Source of the DNA: Hyaloraphidium curvatum SAG 235-1
Taxonomy: Eukaryota; Fungi; Monoblepharomycota
DNA: 64,000 nt
Direction: 5' to 3'
NCBI GenBank assembly: GCA_025558095.1
Contig: JAIVFI010000020.1
Coordinates: 1-64,000 of the forward strand
This document shows positions 42,993-56,664 of the stretch, piece by piece. Positions within the stretch are counted from its first letter, which is position 1, and the number at the start of each line of letters is the position of its first letter. The notes beneath the pieces are model-generated. The model was given only the letters and a program-made list of their open reading frames with translations. It had not been told where the DNA came from and ran no database searches. Both the position numbers and the translations under genes were made by a program.

Positions 42993-45900
42993 CTAGTCGT
43001 CCTCCACTCCCTCCTCCTCTTCGTGATACACAACCGGCCCTAGCGGTCCTGGCGGCGGCGGGCCCGCGCCCTCGTCCGCGCCGTGATCGGTGACCGGCAG
43101 CGCAGGTGCCGGCGCAACTTGCGGCGCTCCGACATCGGCGCCGATCGCCCTGCCCGCCCTGCCCGCGCTGCCCGCGCCGTCCTCTCCGATCCTCCCATCC
43201 CCCTGATCATCGCCGACCCGCGACCGCTTGGCCTTGCCGTTGCCGCCCTCCCGCCCCGCCGGTGCCCCGAGGCCATCCCAGTCGATGACCTCCTCCTCGG
43301 TCTCGTTGCCCCCCTTGGCCTCGGCGGGCGCGCGAGGCCGTTTGCCACCCGCGACCGCGCCGGACTTGGGCCCGTGCCCCCGCGGAACGTAGTCCCCGTC
43401 CATGTCCGTGGATCTGTCCCAGTCCGCCGATTGGCCCTCGATGTCGTCGTCGGGCGGGGAGTTGGCAGGAGTGCGCGACCGCACGCCGTTCGGTGATCCT
43501 CCACGCCGATCTCCAGCCCCGTGCGACTCGGTGCGTTCCTTGGGCAGCCTGCCCCTCTTGGGCACCAGACCCATCCTCTCCCAGATGTTCTGTGGCACCT
43601 TGGGGGGTCTGCCCCTCTTGGTGGCCGCCGAATCCGAGACATAGGGCTCGCCAGATTCCGTAGGGTACATGCTGCGAAGACGCTGTCGAGCCAGGAGCAG
43701 GAAATCCACCGCCTTTGCCCCCGCGATCTTCATGCCCGTCCTTGCCATGACAGGATCGTACTCGTTGGCCAGAGCTTGGACCTCCCTCCCTTGGAAGTCA
43801 TCCCCGCCGAGCCTCTGCTTGATCCCAGGAGGCAGGTTCTGCACACCGCCGTAGCTGTGGACGATGTCGCCGCAAACGAGCTCCGGGGCGTTGTACCTGC
43901 GCTGATCTGAGGAGGAATCGTCTTCCCTGCGCAGCGCCGGCAGGACCGGCTCCGAAGCTGGCCGCTTCTTGCGAGGCCTCTCGTCGGCGGAATGCGGGCC
44001 CAGAAGGTCGTCCTCGGCGTTGCGATCCATAGAAGGGGACCGTTTCGGCAGACGGATCGCCTCCGCGGGCAGCTCGAGCCGGTGATCGTTGCCGACCGAC
44101 CGAGCAGCAATGTAAAAGGAGTTTTCGTCCTCCGGATCAGATGCCGTGGCGTGCATGTCCCCATCTGCAGTGCCTCCAAGGAAAGGAATGTCGAGGATGC
44201 GGGTGACTGGGAGCGACACTTGGTTCCTCCGTGCTCCCCCTCCTGAACCAGAACTGGCCGACCGCGGGGCGGCCAGGCCCTCGTCCGCGACAGCCAAACC
44301 GGGCACATGATCGGAGCTCCTCTGTTTCGCTTCAGCGGCATCCACCAACTTTCGCAACTCGTCGATGGTTGCCTGCATCCCGCGGCACGCCTCCTGCGAT
44401 TCACCGCGCTGCCGTTCCAGCTCGGCCAGCCGCTGTCGGAGGTCCTCCGAGGCGCTGCGCTCCTGCTCCAGCTTCAGGCTTGCCGTTCCGAGCTCCGCGG
44501 CGCGGGATGTGGCATCTCCCTTGGCACCTTCCAGAGCGTCCTCAGCTCCTCAATCTCCCTCCAGGCGACGTCCAGCTCGTCCTTCAAGCGACCCAAGTCC
44601 GTCCTCGCGGTCTCCAGCTTGCGCTTCGTGGCCTCCAAAGTCTCCACGGCGATCCGGTTGGCTTCGGCGAGGCCTTCCGCCTGGCGCTCCTTGTCCTCCA
44701 ACTGGCGCTCCTTTTCCTCCAGCAGGCCCTGCGTCCGGTTGGCCTCCGCCAGCGACTCGGCCTGGCGCTCCTTCTCCTCCAGCAGGCTCTGCGTCTCGGT
44801 CAAGTGCTGCTGCTTCTGCGCAGCGAGCGACGCCGCAGAATCGCGCAGCTGGCCCTCGAGCTCCGCGACCCTCTCGTTCAAAGTCCGAACCGTGGATTCC
44901 AGTGCAGTAGTCGCAGCCGCAGCTGCCGTGCTCGAGTCCGCGGCGGTCTGCCTCGCCAGCTCCCTCTCCTCCGCAAAGGCGGCCTCCCGTGCGGCAAGAT
45001 CTTTCTTGGCAGCTTTGAAAGCCCTTTCGGATCCCTCGGATTCCTCCCGCAGCTTCTCAGCCTCGCTGCGCACCTTGGACAACTCGTGCTCCTTCCTCGT
45101 GAGCTCATTTGCGAACGTCGTTTTGTGCCTCTGGAACTGCTGCTTCTCGTCCGTAAGGGCAGCGTCGGCATCCCGGATCGTCCCCTCCAGCGACGCGATC
45201 GTCCTGTCCGCGGCAGCCTTCTCGGCTGCCCACTCCTCCCGCTGGCGGTCGAAGCCCGAGGCCTGCTCCCGCAAATCCTGTTCGAGCTTCGAAAGACGTT
45301 GCTCCAGGTCGCACTTGCCGGCCTCGAGCTCCGAATTCCGCCGCTCGAGGCCCCGGTTCCCGGCATCGAGCTCCGAATTGCGCCGTTGCAGGTCATCCCG
45401 CTCCAGGCGGACGGCGTCCTTCTGGCCCCCCAGCTCCAGCACATGCCTCGAAAGCGCGTCGTGGGAAAGTTGCAGGTCCCCCAGTTCCTTCTCCCGGGCT
45501 TGAAGCTCCGCGGCCAGCCCTTCGTTGGACGCCTTCACCACTGCGAGCTCCTGCTCCGCGTTCCGCCTCCTGAGCGCCTCTTGCTCCAGGTCCGCGGTGG
45601 CCTGCGCACGGTCCGTGGCAGCTTGGGCGAGCTCTGCGTCCCGAATGTCGAGTTGACCTTGCACATCCGCGACCGCCTGCTCCAGCACCCCAACGCGGGC
45701 TAGCGCAGCGTCACGCTCGGTGCGGACCGCGTCGAGCTCGGTTCGGGCCTCAGCAGCGCACTCGTTTAAAGACGTTGCGAGCGCCAACTCGACCTCGGAG
45801 ACCCTGGCCCCGAGCTCGGCGACCCGGAAATCGAGGAAACGATTCCGGTCCTCGAGCTGAGCATTTGTCACGGCGAGGTCGGGCGCAGCGTCCGGAGCGG

Positions 45901-46477
45901 GCTCCGCGCTTTCAACTCCGTCGCCCGCGAGGGCCCAGAAACCGGCAAAGTCGGTGAGGGCGTCGGCGAAGTCGTCGTTGTCGTCACTGCCCTCGTCCTC
46001 GGGAGCGGGAGCAGGGTCCGGATTGGGATTCGAGGGCAGGGCAGAGGTCTCGTGCCGGGACGGAGACGGGGGCTGGGAGGGGACGGCGTCCGTAACCGCG
46101 CTCCACTCGCCGGCATTCTCCGGTTGCGTGCAGTACGAGATGCTCAGTATGGGGCTGCGGAGTCGGAGACGATGAGCAGAGAGCGGAAGGCAGGCAGGAA
46201 AGTCGTCTCACTTTCGTAACCTGAGTTCCACTTTCTCCAGCTCGACCAGGTCCTCAAGCTGGCTTTCCTCCACCATCGCGGGATCATAAACTTCGAGGTT
46301 TACACTCTTGTTGAACCGTCTTGCTCCAGTCGTCCTCTCCAACCGGAACCGGATCTTGTCCCCGTGCTGCAGGCCGTGCCGCGCGAGCATTTCGCGGTAG
46401 TCGCGGCGAAGTGGTGTTTCCATCTTGGCCTTGGAGGTCAAGGGAGCGGCGTCCGCGTTCCCCGTCCCGGAAGCCAT
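42993..46477 (-). pseudogene. Large coiled-coil protein with a basic/AT-hook-like C-terminus; one intron and a 1-nt frameshift near 44540
   Basis: Exon 1 (MASGTG...) splices via an intron at about 46156-46212 into the 44474-45871 coiled-coil frame. The heptads continue in another frame (DALEGAKGDATSRAAEL...MQATIDELRK), which includes KRGRPPK. Confidence 0.65.
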
Positions 46478-46765
46478 TGGAGGGTTTTCGTGTGATAGCA
46501 TGGGAAACTATCGGAAAGCCGCAGGCCCGCGGATAATCGACCGGCGAGGAAGGAGGGGCATCCGGGTCGTCGCGTGTCGGTTGGAAACCTCGCCGGAAAA
46601 CAGGAGCCGAGGTCCGCCCGCAATGTGCTCCTTCCAAAAAGTGAATCTTTCCCAGTTTAACCAGGCAACGGAGGGAGTCGCCGGGAGGTCGGTCCGTGAG
46701 TTTGGAAATGTGGGACCGCGGTCGCGAGCGCGTCTCCATCTCGCGCGAGTCAACTCCTTCGAAGA

Positions 46766-48597
46766 ATGACCTCGGCCAGGAGAATTGTCGCCGCTGCGGC
46801 AAACAATGACGTGCCGGCACTCGAAGCGCTGCTCGACGTGCCCTCGTGGCGGGAGAGCTACGCGGAATTCGCGGCAGACGCAGTTGTGGCCTTGCGGCGT
46901 TCGTACACATAGCGAACTAGAGGTGTAATCCCCCCCTCCTAGGCTGTCGTCACGAATCCGACGCCTCGCGGGGTCAGCGGCTGCAACGCTTCTCAGCGTG
47001 CCACCCGCATTCGACTCGCCGCCTCCCCACACCATCACCCGCCCAGTCCTCCCTACAGTTCCTCGCAGTTGTCGCCGCCTGCAGGGCCGGGCACTCTGCA
47101 GCCGCCCGCCTGCTGCTCGCCGACGTCCGCTTCGACCCGAATGGAACCCAAAACGGACGGGGCGGACTGACTCCGCTGATGTGGGCGTGCTTGGGGCACC
47201 ATGTCCGCGTGGTGGAGCTCCTGCTCGCGCACCCCCGCACGGACGCTGAGCGACGGAGCGACAGCGGCCGGACCGCCTTGTTCTACGCCCTAATTCAGGA
47301 CTCTCACCAGAAAAAGGCCGTCGTGAAGCTCTTCATCGACCGTCTCAAGGACGGACTGGCGGCAGGTTGGATGGACGCGGTTGGGACTGTTAAGGAGACA
47401 GACCCCATGGCAGCCGCGTCTGCGGATACCGTCTATGGCCTGCGGATTGAGCTCATCGCAGCTGGCTGCGATCCGGACTATCTGGGTGTGTGGCTTCGTG
47501 AACCGCCGCCAGCCAAGCCAGAACTTCGCCTGGTCGCCAAGTTCCGGACCGCCTGCGCCTCCAATTTTGTGGACAGGGTCCGAAAGATGCTGACAGACTA
47601 CCGCGACAACCTGGACGACATCGGAGCGAGGACTCCGGATGCGTCCCGGACGACGCCCCTCCATGTCGCGGCTGCTCTTGGGCACCTGGAGATTGTCCAT
47701 GCGCTGCTGAAGGTGCTGCCGAAAGAGGATGCCGACGCCCGGGGCGCCGAAGGGCGCACGGTTGTGCATCTCGCCTGCGCGCTCAACCACATCGAGGTCG
47801 TCGATCTGCTCGCGAACGGGTTCTGGTACCATGAATCAGAATCGCTCGTGAACCCCGAGCCGCTGGCGGCTCGGTCCGTGTTTTTCGTGGACATCGATAT
47901 CCGGGACGCCGCGAGTCGGCTGCCGGAAGAGGCCCAGATCGAGTGGATCTACACGGCCGGCGACGAGGTCCGGCGGATCATCGCGAAGGCGAGGCAGAAA
48001 CGGAGGCAGGTGGCCGAGGAGGCGAGGAGGTTTTCTCAGGCCCGGGATGCCAGGGCGCTGAGGAGCTTCAGGCGGAGCGGGTCTCCCGTCTCGCTCCTGC
48101 AGCCTCGGAGGAGGAAGAGCCGCAAGTCCGGGGAGACGCGGTCCGGGGACGGCGACTCGGCTTCGGGGTTGTCTGCGGAGCCCAACGAACTCGAAGAGGA
48201 CATTCAGTACCTCGCAACCTCTTCCGTGGACCCTCACAAGTTGATCTTGAAGCTCGGACCAGCACCGACACTCCCGCTCTCTTCCGCGCAGCTCAACCGC
48301 GGACCCAACGCTTCTACGTCACCCCATCGGATCAGCGGGACCGCATCAGCTGTTGGAGCTCTCCTTGGGGCCGCAACCGTCAAGGATTGCTCCCTCCCTC
48401 CGCTCCCGCTTCCCGCGACGCCGGAGGCGATCCATGCCGACATTCGGCGGGTTGCGGTGCAGCTGAGCTCCAAGCCTGCGCTGCTGGACGATCCCCGCCT
48501 TACGGCCGATGTTCGGGCAAAGCTGGACGCAATGGATGGGTTCGCGGCCCAGTTGGCTCGCATATGGGGAGTTGATCGCGAGGGACATACACAATGA
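46766..48597 (+). CDS. Ankyrin-repeat protein; 5' structure uncertain
   Basis: Motifs LTPLMWACLGHH, GRTALFYA, TTPLHVAAALGHLEIVHALL, GRTVVHLACALNH. An upstream ankyrin-like piece begins at 46766. Confidence 0.75.
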
Positions 48598-48815
48598 ACC
48601 AACTGAATAGACCTGCAGTCTCCCCGACACCATCATTCGAAGTGCTTTTCCGGAAATGTAGTCCTATTCTTTCGCCGATTCGCTTAGAGTGCGGAATTTC
48701 GGAAGTGATTGCCGACCGACATACTGGGGGGCCACGTCAGCGCCGGACCCCGACCGGAGAGTGCGCCCTTTCTTTCCGCATCAACAGAACCTCCCTCACG
48801 GGCGCTCTTGCAACC

Positions 48816-51065
48816 ATGGCTACCAGCCCTCACACGCAGGACCTGTACGGCGAGCTCACCGGCTCGCAGGACGCCGGCCTCGAGAGCCAGCGCTCGACGC
48901 TCTACGAGCCGGGCAACGGCCACGGCACCCCCCCCTACCCCGCCCCTCCGGCCCCCGTCATGACCGGGGAGGACGTCAAGTACCCTTCTGTCACCGTGCC
49001 CGAGACGTACGACCACAAGCCGGCCGGCGAGCTGGCAGAGGGCCTCGAGGCGCCGGTCGAGACGCCGCGAGCGACCTACACCCGCGAGGAGGAAGCCAAA
49101 GTCATCCGCGGCGTGAGGACGGTCCGGGGTCCTTCGTGGACGCTGCTGATGTCTGTACGTTCCGCAGATGGACTTCAAGCTCATCCCGTGGCTCGGATTC
49201 CTGTACCTTCTGTCGCAGCTCGACCGGGTGAGCGCCACATCATCGCCCGAACCCCGGACCCCGCGCTCACCATCCGCGCAGAGCAACATCGCCAACGCCG
49301 TCATCATGAACGCCGAGACCCCGGAGTCGACCATGATCTACCAGCTCGGGCTGACGGGCAACGAGTTCAACAATGCCGTCACAATCTTCTTCGTCGGGTG
49401 CGTCTTTCCGCCTCGTGGAGCGCATGGGCGGCGCTGATCTATGCCGCAACAGCTACATTTTGTTCGAGATCCCCTCCAACATGATGATGACGAGGTTCAC
49501 GCCGTCCAAGTGGCTCGCGCGCATCATCGTCACTTGTAGGCCTCGGTCGCCGGCGGAGATGACGTTGCTCAGCTCACACTGATCTCCAGGGGGTCTCTGC
49601 TCGACGCTCATGGGCGCGACGTTCAACTGTGAGTTTGATCGTAGGGCGTGCTCGGCGCCGATCCGACGTACGACTTCCCGCAGACGGATCGCTCATGGCA
49701 TGCCGCTTCTTCCTCGGCCTCTTCGAAGCCGGCCTGTTCCCCGGCCTCCTCTTCTGTACGCATCCGCTCCCTGCTTTTCACCCCTGCCCTTTCCTGACTG
49801 GTCCCGCCCCGCAGACCTGCAGTTCTGGTACCGCAAGACCGAGCTCGCCGCCCGCGTCGGCAGCTTCTACGCCGCCAGCAACATCGCCACCGGGTTCGGC
49901 GGCCTGATCGCCGCCGGCATCGCGCGGATGAACGGCGCCGGCGGGCTGGCGGGGTGGAGGTGGCTCTTCATCCTCGAGGGCATCCCGACGATCCTCATGG
50001 GCATCGCCACCTGGTTCTACCGTGAGCCGATCCGTTGCGAGCGACGCTTCGCAGTGCTGATTTCTCATGCGCCAGTGCCCGACTACCCCCAGACCGCGCA
50101 CCGCTGGCTCTTCACCGAGCGGCAGACCGACGTCATCCTCGCCCGCCTCCCGCCCGCCAACCCGTCGTACGATTCCCTCGAGTTCAACAAGTCCGAGTTC
50201 TTCTCGACCTTCAAGGACGTCAAGCTGTACCTGTTCATGGTCGCCGCGTGCTCGCTCATCTCGACGCTGTACGCGTTCGCGTACTTCAGCCCAAGTGGGT
50301 CTGCGAAAGACTCGATGATCGCCTGCCTGGCTGATTGTCCTTTCGCAGCGATCGTGAGCAAGATGGGGTACTCCAGCACGCAGAGCCAGCTCCTCAGCGC
50401 GGCGCTCAACATCAGCGGCGCGTTCTGGGTCGTGTTCATCAACTTCAGCTCGGACAGGTGCGTGCCGCTCGCCCGCTTCGGACGACGACCGCCGACGATC
50501 GCCCGCCGGCAGGTTCAACGAGCGGCCGCTCCACATCGCCGCCTCCCTCGTCTGCCCCATCATCGGCTTCTTCATCCAGGCCTTTGTCGCCCCGAATCTG
50601 AGCAGCGTCAGCACGCGGTACGGGCTGCTGTTCCTGGTCATCACCTCCAACGGCGCCGTGCCCCTGGTCTTCACCTGTCGGTTCCCCGCCCTTCCGGTTC
50701 CCGTCGGCGTGCGCTGATTCGGTTCCCGCAGACCGCACCGACACCGTCTCGGGCACGACCAAGAACGCCGCGGCGGCCGCCGCCGTGGTCGCGGCCGGCA
50801 ACGTCGGCGGGCTGATCGGCGGGCAGATCTACCAGCCCAAGGACGCGCCGTACTACCGGGTCGGCCACTGCGTCAACGCCGGGCTGCTGTGCGTCACGCT
50901 GGTCTGCATCTTCACCCTGAAGCGTGGGTTCGGCCTCGATGCGTGGTGTTTCGATCGCTGACTTGGTTTCGCGCAGTCCTGTTCATGAGGGACGGGAAGC
51001 GGGCCGAGTTCGAGGTTCCGCAGAAGGAGTACAGCACCGGCCGCCGCGAGTCGGTCGGCGTCTGA
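48816..51065 (+). CDS. MFS transporter, anion:cation symporter (DAL5/TNA1-like), multi-exon
   Basis: Motifs DFKLIPWL, LDR|SNIANA, EIPSN, PSKWLARI, RFFLGLFEAGLFPG, WYRKTELAAR, GWRWLFILEG, PKDAPYY. Many short GT-AG introns. Confidence 0.92.
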
Positions 51066-51352
51066 ACGTTCGGATTGGAGGCTTTGCCGTTTCTGAGAGT
51101 ACTAGATGCGACGACTCTGTGGGCAAGGCGTCGCAGAAATCTTGCGCGATGTACCACTGGGAGCAGGGAGAGCAAAAGAAAAAGAGGTTCTAGATGAACA
51201 AAGCGATTTGTTTCCTTTGGATCTCGGATTTCGGGTCCGGGCGGATGCAGTGTGGCTGGGCGAATTTTCGTATCCGCGGCCTAGCTGTCGGCTCCGGGCC
51301 TCCACCGCCGCCGCCTTAGCGATCCCCCACCCCCCTTTCTAGAGTCATCGCG

Positions 51353-53065
51353 ATGCGGCGGGCGCCGTACGCCGTCGCGGCGGCGCTGCTCGCTGTTGCG
51401 GCGGTTGCCGCCGAGCCGATCCCGACGACGACGCTGCTCGGCACGCCGGTGTCGCTGCCGTGCACGGCGCTGCCCGAGCGGTTCCCGCGGTGCGGCTCGC
51501 AGTTCGGCGCGCGCTGCCCGGCCGGCCGCTGCTGCTCGGTGTGGGGCTGGTGCTCCGAGCTCGACGTGCAGGCCGCCGGGGCGCTCGACCCCGCGTACTG
51601 CGGCGCCGGCTGCCAGGCGGGCTTCGGCCTGTGCGTCGCCGCGGGCGCCCCGGCCGCGCAGTGCCCCGAGCCCGAGCCGCTGCCGCCGATCCCGAACGAT
51701 TTCCCGGTGACGACCGTGTCGGCCGGCACGCCGATCTACATGCCGTGCCCGACGCTGCCCATCTCGGGCAACGCGCGCTGCGGGCCGGACTTTGGCACGC
51801 GCTGCGACAGGCTCGAGTGCTGCTCGTCCTACGGGTGGGTGCCAAATAATCGAGGAATATTGAGAGATTGGTTGCTGACGGATTTTGCAGGTGGTGCGGG
51901 CCCGATATGCCGGGGGAGCCGTACTGCGGAACCGGCTGCAAGGTAAGGCCGTCGGCCCGAGCACCGACCGATGCGGCTGACCACATTTCTCCCCCGCCGT
52001 TAAGGTCGGCTACGGCAAGTGCCTGATCGGCGACGGCCCGGTCTCGACCGGCATCTCGTGCGTCGTCAACCCGACCGCGACCGTGTCCCCGCCGCCGCCG
52101 CCTCCCGCGCGCCCCACCACCACGGAGCCCGAGCCCACCATGACCCTGGGCCCGACGACGGTGCCCCCGCCGCCTCCTCCGCCCCGCACGACCACGCAGG
52201 CCCCGCCCCCGCCTCCCCCGCCGACCACGCAGGCCCCCCCGACGCTCATCACCCGGACCCAGAACATCCTGGCAAGCACCACCCGCGGCGCGACCTCGAC
52301 GCCGGTCACCAGCACCTCGCACACCACATTGACGAGCAGCACGCACACGACCACGCGCACGGTGCCCTTCTTCTCCGCCACGGTGTCCATCACGACCGTG
52401 ACGGTGTACCCGGCGTGCCCGGGGTTCCCGGTCAGCAACGACTCGCGGTGCGGGGTCGAGACCGGGTTCCGGTGCCCGGACGGGCTGTGCTGCTCGGGGC
52501 GCGGGATCTGCCAGGACGACGGGGGCAATTCCGGTGGGTGGAGGGCGGAACGGTTTCCCGGACCTCGCCTGATGGACCCCGTTTGGCAGGCTGGGACTGG
52601 TGCGCCTACCCGCCGTGCCAGATCGGCTACGGCAAGTGCTTCGACCGCGCCTCGCCCACCTCCCCCCCTTCGGACCCCCCGCGGTTCGAATGCCCCCCCG
52701 CCCCGATCCCCAGCGGCTCGGTGCTGCCGCCGATCCCCAGCGGCTCCGCGCTCCCCGCCTCGACGCTCTCGGGCTCCGCGCAATCCGGCGCCGCGACCAA
52801 CACCCCCCCGCCCTTCTTCACCCCCCTCACCCTCACCACGCCCAGCCTCTTCCCCACCCTCGAGCCCAGCCTGCTCACGACGGTCTCTGGCGCGCAGCCG
52901 TCGCGCAAGACCACAAACACCCCGCCGACCACCGTGTTCCGCACGCCGCTGGCGACCACCCTGCCGTCCGGGTCGCCCTCGGCGGGCGGATTCACGCCGT
53001 CGATCGAGGTGCTGCCGCCCGAGACGGCGGGGCCGGGCCCGTCGCCGGCCGCCACGAGCAGGTGA
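51353..53065 (+). CDS. Secreted chitin-binding protein with 3 CBM18/hevein modules and Pro/Thr-rich linkers, 4 exons
   Basis: Signal peptide, then RCGSQFGARCPAGRCCSVWGWC...CGAGCQAGFGLC, RCGPDFGTRC...CCSSYGWC, and RCGVETGFRCPDGLCCSGRGIC...CQIGYGKC. Confidence 0.88.
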
Positions 53066-53286
53066 TCGGGAGGAGGGATTTGGGGGGGCAGCCCGCGAAG
53101 AGGGAAGTTCCGCCGCAGGATTGGTTGCCGTGCTTATCTATGTAGTGAGAGTAATCTATTCTCTTGTTTTGCTTTGCGTGCTTGCTCGTGGTGCTCGGTG
53201 ATCGGTGCCTGGAGGGACAACACGGCGGGGAGGGAGGGTGGGTGGCCGATCGCGTCTGCCTCGTCGGCCGCCACTCTCCGGCGTTG

Positions 53287-56200
53287 ATGAGCGCGCCCCC
53301 CGCGCCTCCGAGCGGCCGGCGACCGGCGCCGGTGCTCGAACGCACCAAGACACGTCCGCCGAGCGGGCCGCGTCCCCTGCCCTCGCCGCCCGGCGCGCCG
53401 CCACCCGCGTCGGCACCCCCGCCGGACACCCCCGATCCCTCCCCGCATTCCGCCGCCGCCGCGCCGCATCCCCCCGCCGATTCCTCCACCGCGCCAGCCG
53501 CCGCCCGGCCGCGCTCGGCCGTCGCCGCGTACGCCTTCGCCCCGCCGCCCGGGCTGCCGCACGTCGGGCCGGGCAGCGACCCCGTGCCCCTGGCAAAGGG
53601 CGAACGCGTGTCGGGCGTCGTGCCCTTTGCCGCCGAGGGCTGGGTGCGCGTCGTCAGGGCGTCGGGCGAGGAGGGCATCGTCCCGGAGAGCTACCTGAAG
53701 TTCGACGCGCCGGGCGCCGCGCCGGAACCGGGTCGCGCACCCAAAGGGAGGCAGGGAACGGCAAAGTACGCGTTCGAGCCGCGGGCGGGGACAACCGAGA
53801 TCCGCGTCAAGGCCGGGGAGGTGCTGCAGGAAGTCGAGGACGCCGAGGCGGCGGACTACGTGGTCGCGACCAACGCGGCCGGCGACCGCGGGCTGCTCCC
53901 GCGTGCCTGGGTCAGCTTTTCCGATCCCGCTTCCGGCGGGACCTCATCGGGTGGGACCAACGACCACTCGGACTCGTGGGTCACGAGGCAGGAGCAGGAG
54001 GCCGAGGACGAGCGGCTGGCCCGGGAACTCCAGGCGCAGCTGGACATGGAGGCCACCTCCGCCGCGTCGCCCGCCGAGCAGGCCGACGAGGCGCTCGCGC
54101 GGCGGCTGCAGGAGCAGGAATCCGCGGGGCCGTCGCGGTACCCGACCGCCGAGGTGGAAAAGGACCGCATCCTCGCCGAGCGGCTGCAGCGCGAGATGGA
54201 CGAGGCCAAGGAGGAGACGGTCGAGGACTTCAAGACCTTCTTTGCCGACGAGGCATTGGCGCGCGAGCTGCAGGAGAGGATGCAGCGCGAGGCCGAGGAG
54301 GAGGCCCTGCGGCACGCGGCGCGGACCAACCACGAGCTCGACCCGGGCCGGTTCCCGGCGCCGCTCGCTCCCGCCCCCGACGGCGCCGTCTCGGACGCCA
54401 GCGAGATCCCCAACCTCGTGCGGCGGCACCCGCCCCCCGCCGAGGAGGCCGCGCGCGTGCTCTCGCTGCTGCAGGCCGCGGGCGAGGGCGACAAGACGGC
54501 CGACGGCAAGCCCACCCCCGCGCGCAAGCGCAACCTCGCCCTGCTGGACCTCCTCCAGTCCGAAAACACCTTTCTCCTCTCCCTGCGCACCCTCCTGACC
54601 TCGGTCTTTGACGGCTTCCCCGCCCTGATCGGCGCCGAGGGCCTCGTCGACGACGCCTTTGTCCGCTCGGGCATCTGCGACGTCTACCTGCTCCACGTGG
54701 GCCTGCTCACATCCCTGCTCGCCGAAGTCGCCGGCGAGCTCGCCTCGGGCACCCCGGCGCGCGTGGGCCTGCAGTTTGTCCGCATGCGCGGCGACTTTGC
54801 CGTGTACTCGCGCTACATCGCGCACTACCACCGGCTGTCGCCGGCGCTGCGGCGGATCGCGGAGTGGAACACGGCGTTCGAGAACGACCTGCGGCGGACG
54901 GGCGGCGTGGGCGGGGTCGCGGAGATGTGGTTCCTGCCGGTGCAGAGGGTGATGCGGTACGGCATGGTGCTTGGAGGTTGGGTCCCCGTCGGCCCGTGCG
55001 GCGAAACCGGCGCTCACCCCCTCTGATCCCAGCGATTCTGAAGACGACGAAAAGCCTCGATGCGGCGCTCGAAGCACCTGACGGCCCGAAACCGCCCCCG
55101 TACCAGCCCCCGCACCCCGACATCCCCTCCCTGAACCAGGCCATCTCGCAATGCGTCGCCCTGTCGGACGTGGTCAACTCGATCCAGGCGCGGAGCGAGA
55201 AGCGCGAGGCCGCGGCCAAGCTCCCCGACATCGAGGGTTGGGACGCGCGCGAGCTCGGGTTCGGGGAGATGCCCGGGGGGCAGGACAGGCTGGTGGAGTT
55301 CGAGGGGGAGGGGACGGAGGATCTGCTCGGGCCTGTCAGGGTGTGGGTGGCGACGGATCTGCTGGCCATCGCGGTGGTGGCGACGCCCGACGGGAGGCTG
55401 GCCAAGGCGTCGGCGGCCAAGGGCAAGGAATCGTGGCGGCTCTGGCGCGCGCTGGACGTGCGGGACCTTGCGCTGGAGCAGGGGGCAAACGGCAAGGTCA
55501 GGGTCAAGTTCGGCGACCGGCAGCGCGGGGACGGCAGCTCGACCTACCCGCGGGCGTACAAGCCGCGCTCCTCGATCGGCCGCCCCCCGGAGCCGGCGCC
55601 CATGGGCGAAGAGCGGAGCTACGCTTTCGAGATGGCCAACGAGCGCGCGCGCCGCGGGTTCGAGGAGGCGCTGCGGGCCGTGATCGCCGCGGCCAAGGCG
55701 CGCCCGCTGCCCGAGGGGAACTGGTACGCCGTCAAGGCGCGCGCGGGCTCGCTGGACGCCAAGGACATGTCCGCCATCCCCGGGTTTCGGTCTTCGGACC
55801 CGTTCGTGGTGGTGCGGCTGGTGTCAAAGTGGCCTTCGGCGCCCAGGGACGTGGCGCCGGTCGCCGCGCCGGGCGTGTACCGGATGGACGCGACGGGGAG
55901 CACCTACGTGGTCCCCAAAGACGGGCAGACGGGCGGCGAGGTGCTCGACCCGCGCGAGCGGCTGCAGTTCCTGGGGCGGAGCCAGACGGTGTACAAGTCG
56001 CTCTCGCCCAGCTTTGCCGAGTTCGGCTTCTTCCTGCCCCCGTACGCTGCGGGGAGCAAGCTGCAGATCGAGGTGTGGGACGAGGACGAAGATACCAAGA
56101 GCGACTTCATCGGGGCCGTGAGGGTGGGCGCGGACGAGCTGCTGGGGAGCAGGGGGCTCAGCTGGGGCATCGTGAACGAGGCCGAGAGGGACCGCCGGAG

Positions 56201-56349
56201 GAAGGCCGGGGAGAACGTGGGTCGCCGTGCTGCCGTCGGGACCAAGCCATGCTCACCGAATGCTTCCGCCGCTCTCGACGCAGTACATCAACTCTGGCGT
56301 CGTCACGGTCATGGAGGTGCGCAAGCTGGGCAAGGCGTTCGCGTCGTAG
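53287..56349 (+). CDS. 2x SH3, 4x MIU-like motifs, RhoGEF (DH), PH-like and C2 domains, 3 exons
   Basis: SH3 motifs EEGIVPESYL and RGLLPRAWV. DE.LAR.LQ occurs four times. DH motifs RNLALLDLLQSENTF and LPVQRVMRY. C2 motifs SSDPFVVV, LQIEVWDED and SDFIG. Confidence 0.85.
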
Positions 56350-56664
56350 CAGCATGCATTCATTCCCAAGGCGAAAGATACATTAAAGACCAAAGACCTA
56401 ACACTCTTGACTCTTCTTTTTCGTTTCCTGTCCGCTCTTGATCAAGATCCTAGTCGCCGATGGACTCGCGGCGACCAGTGGACTCCGTGGACTCGCGACG
56501 ACCGCCGGCACCGTCTTTCTTCTGCTCCTGCTGAGGAACGTCGAACTCGGCGTGCTTGCCCTCCCTGGCGAAGAGGACTGCCGCCGAAATGGTCAGCCAA
56601 AGATTTTGCGAGGCAAAAGGAGAAACGTACCCCTCAGGGTGAAGATGCAGATCACGCAGACGCA

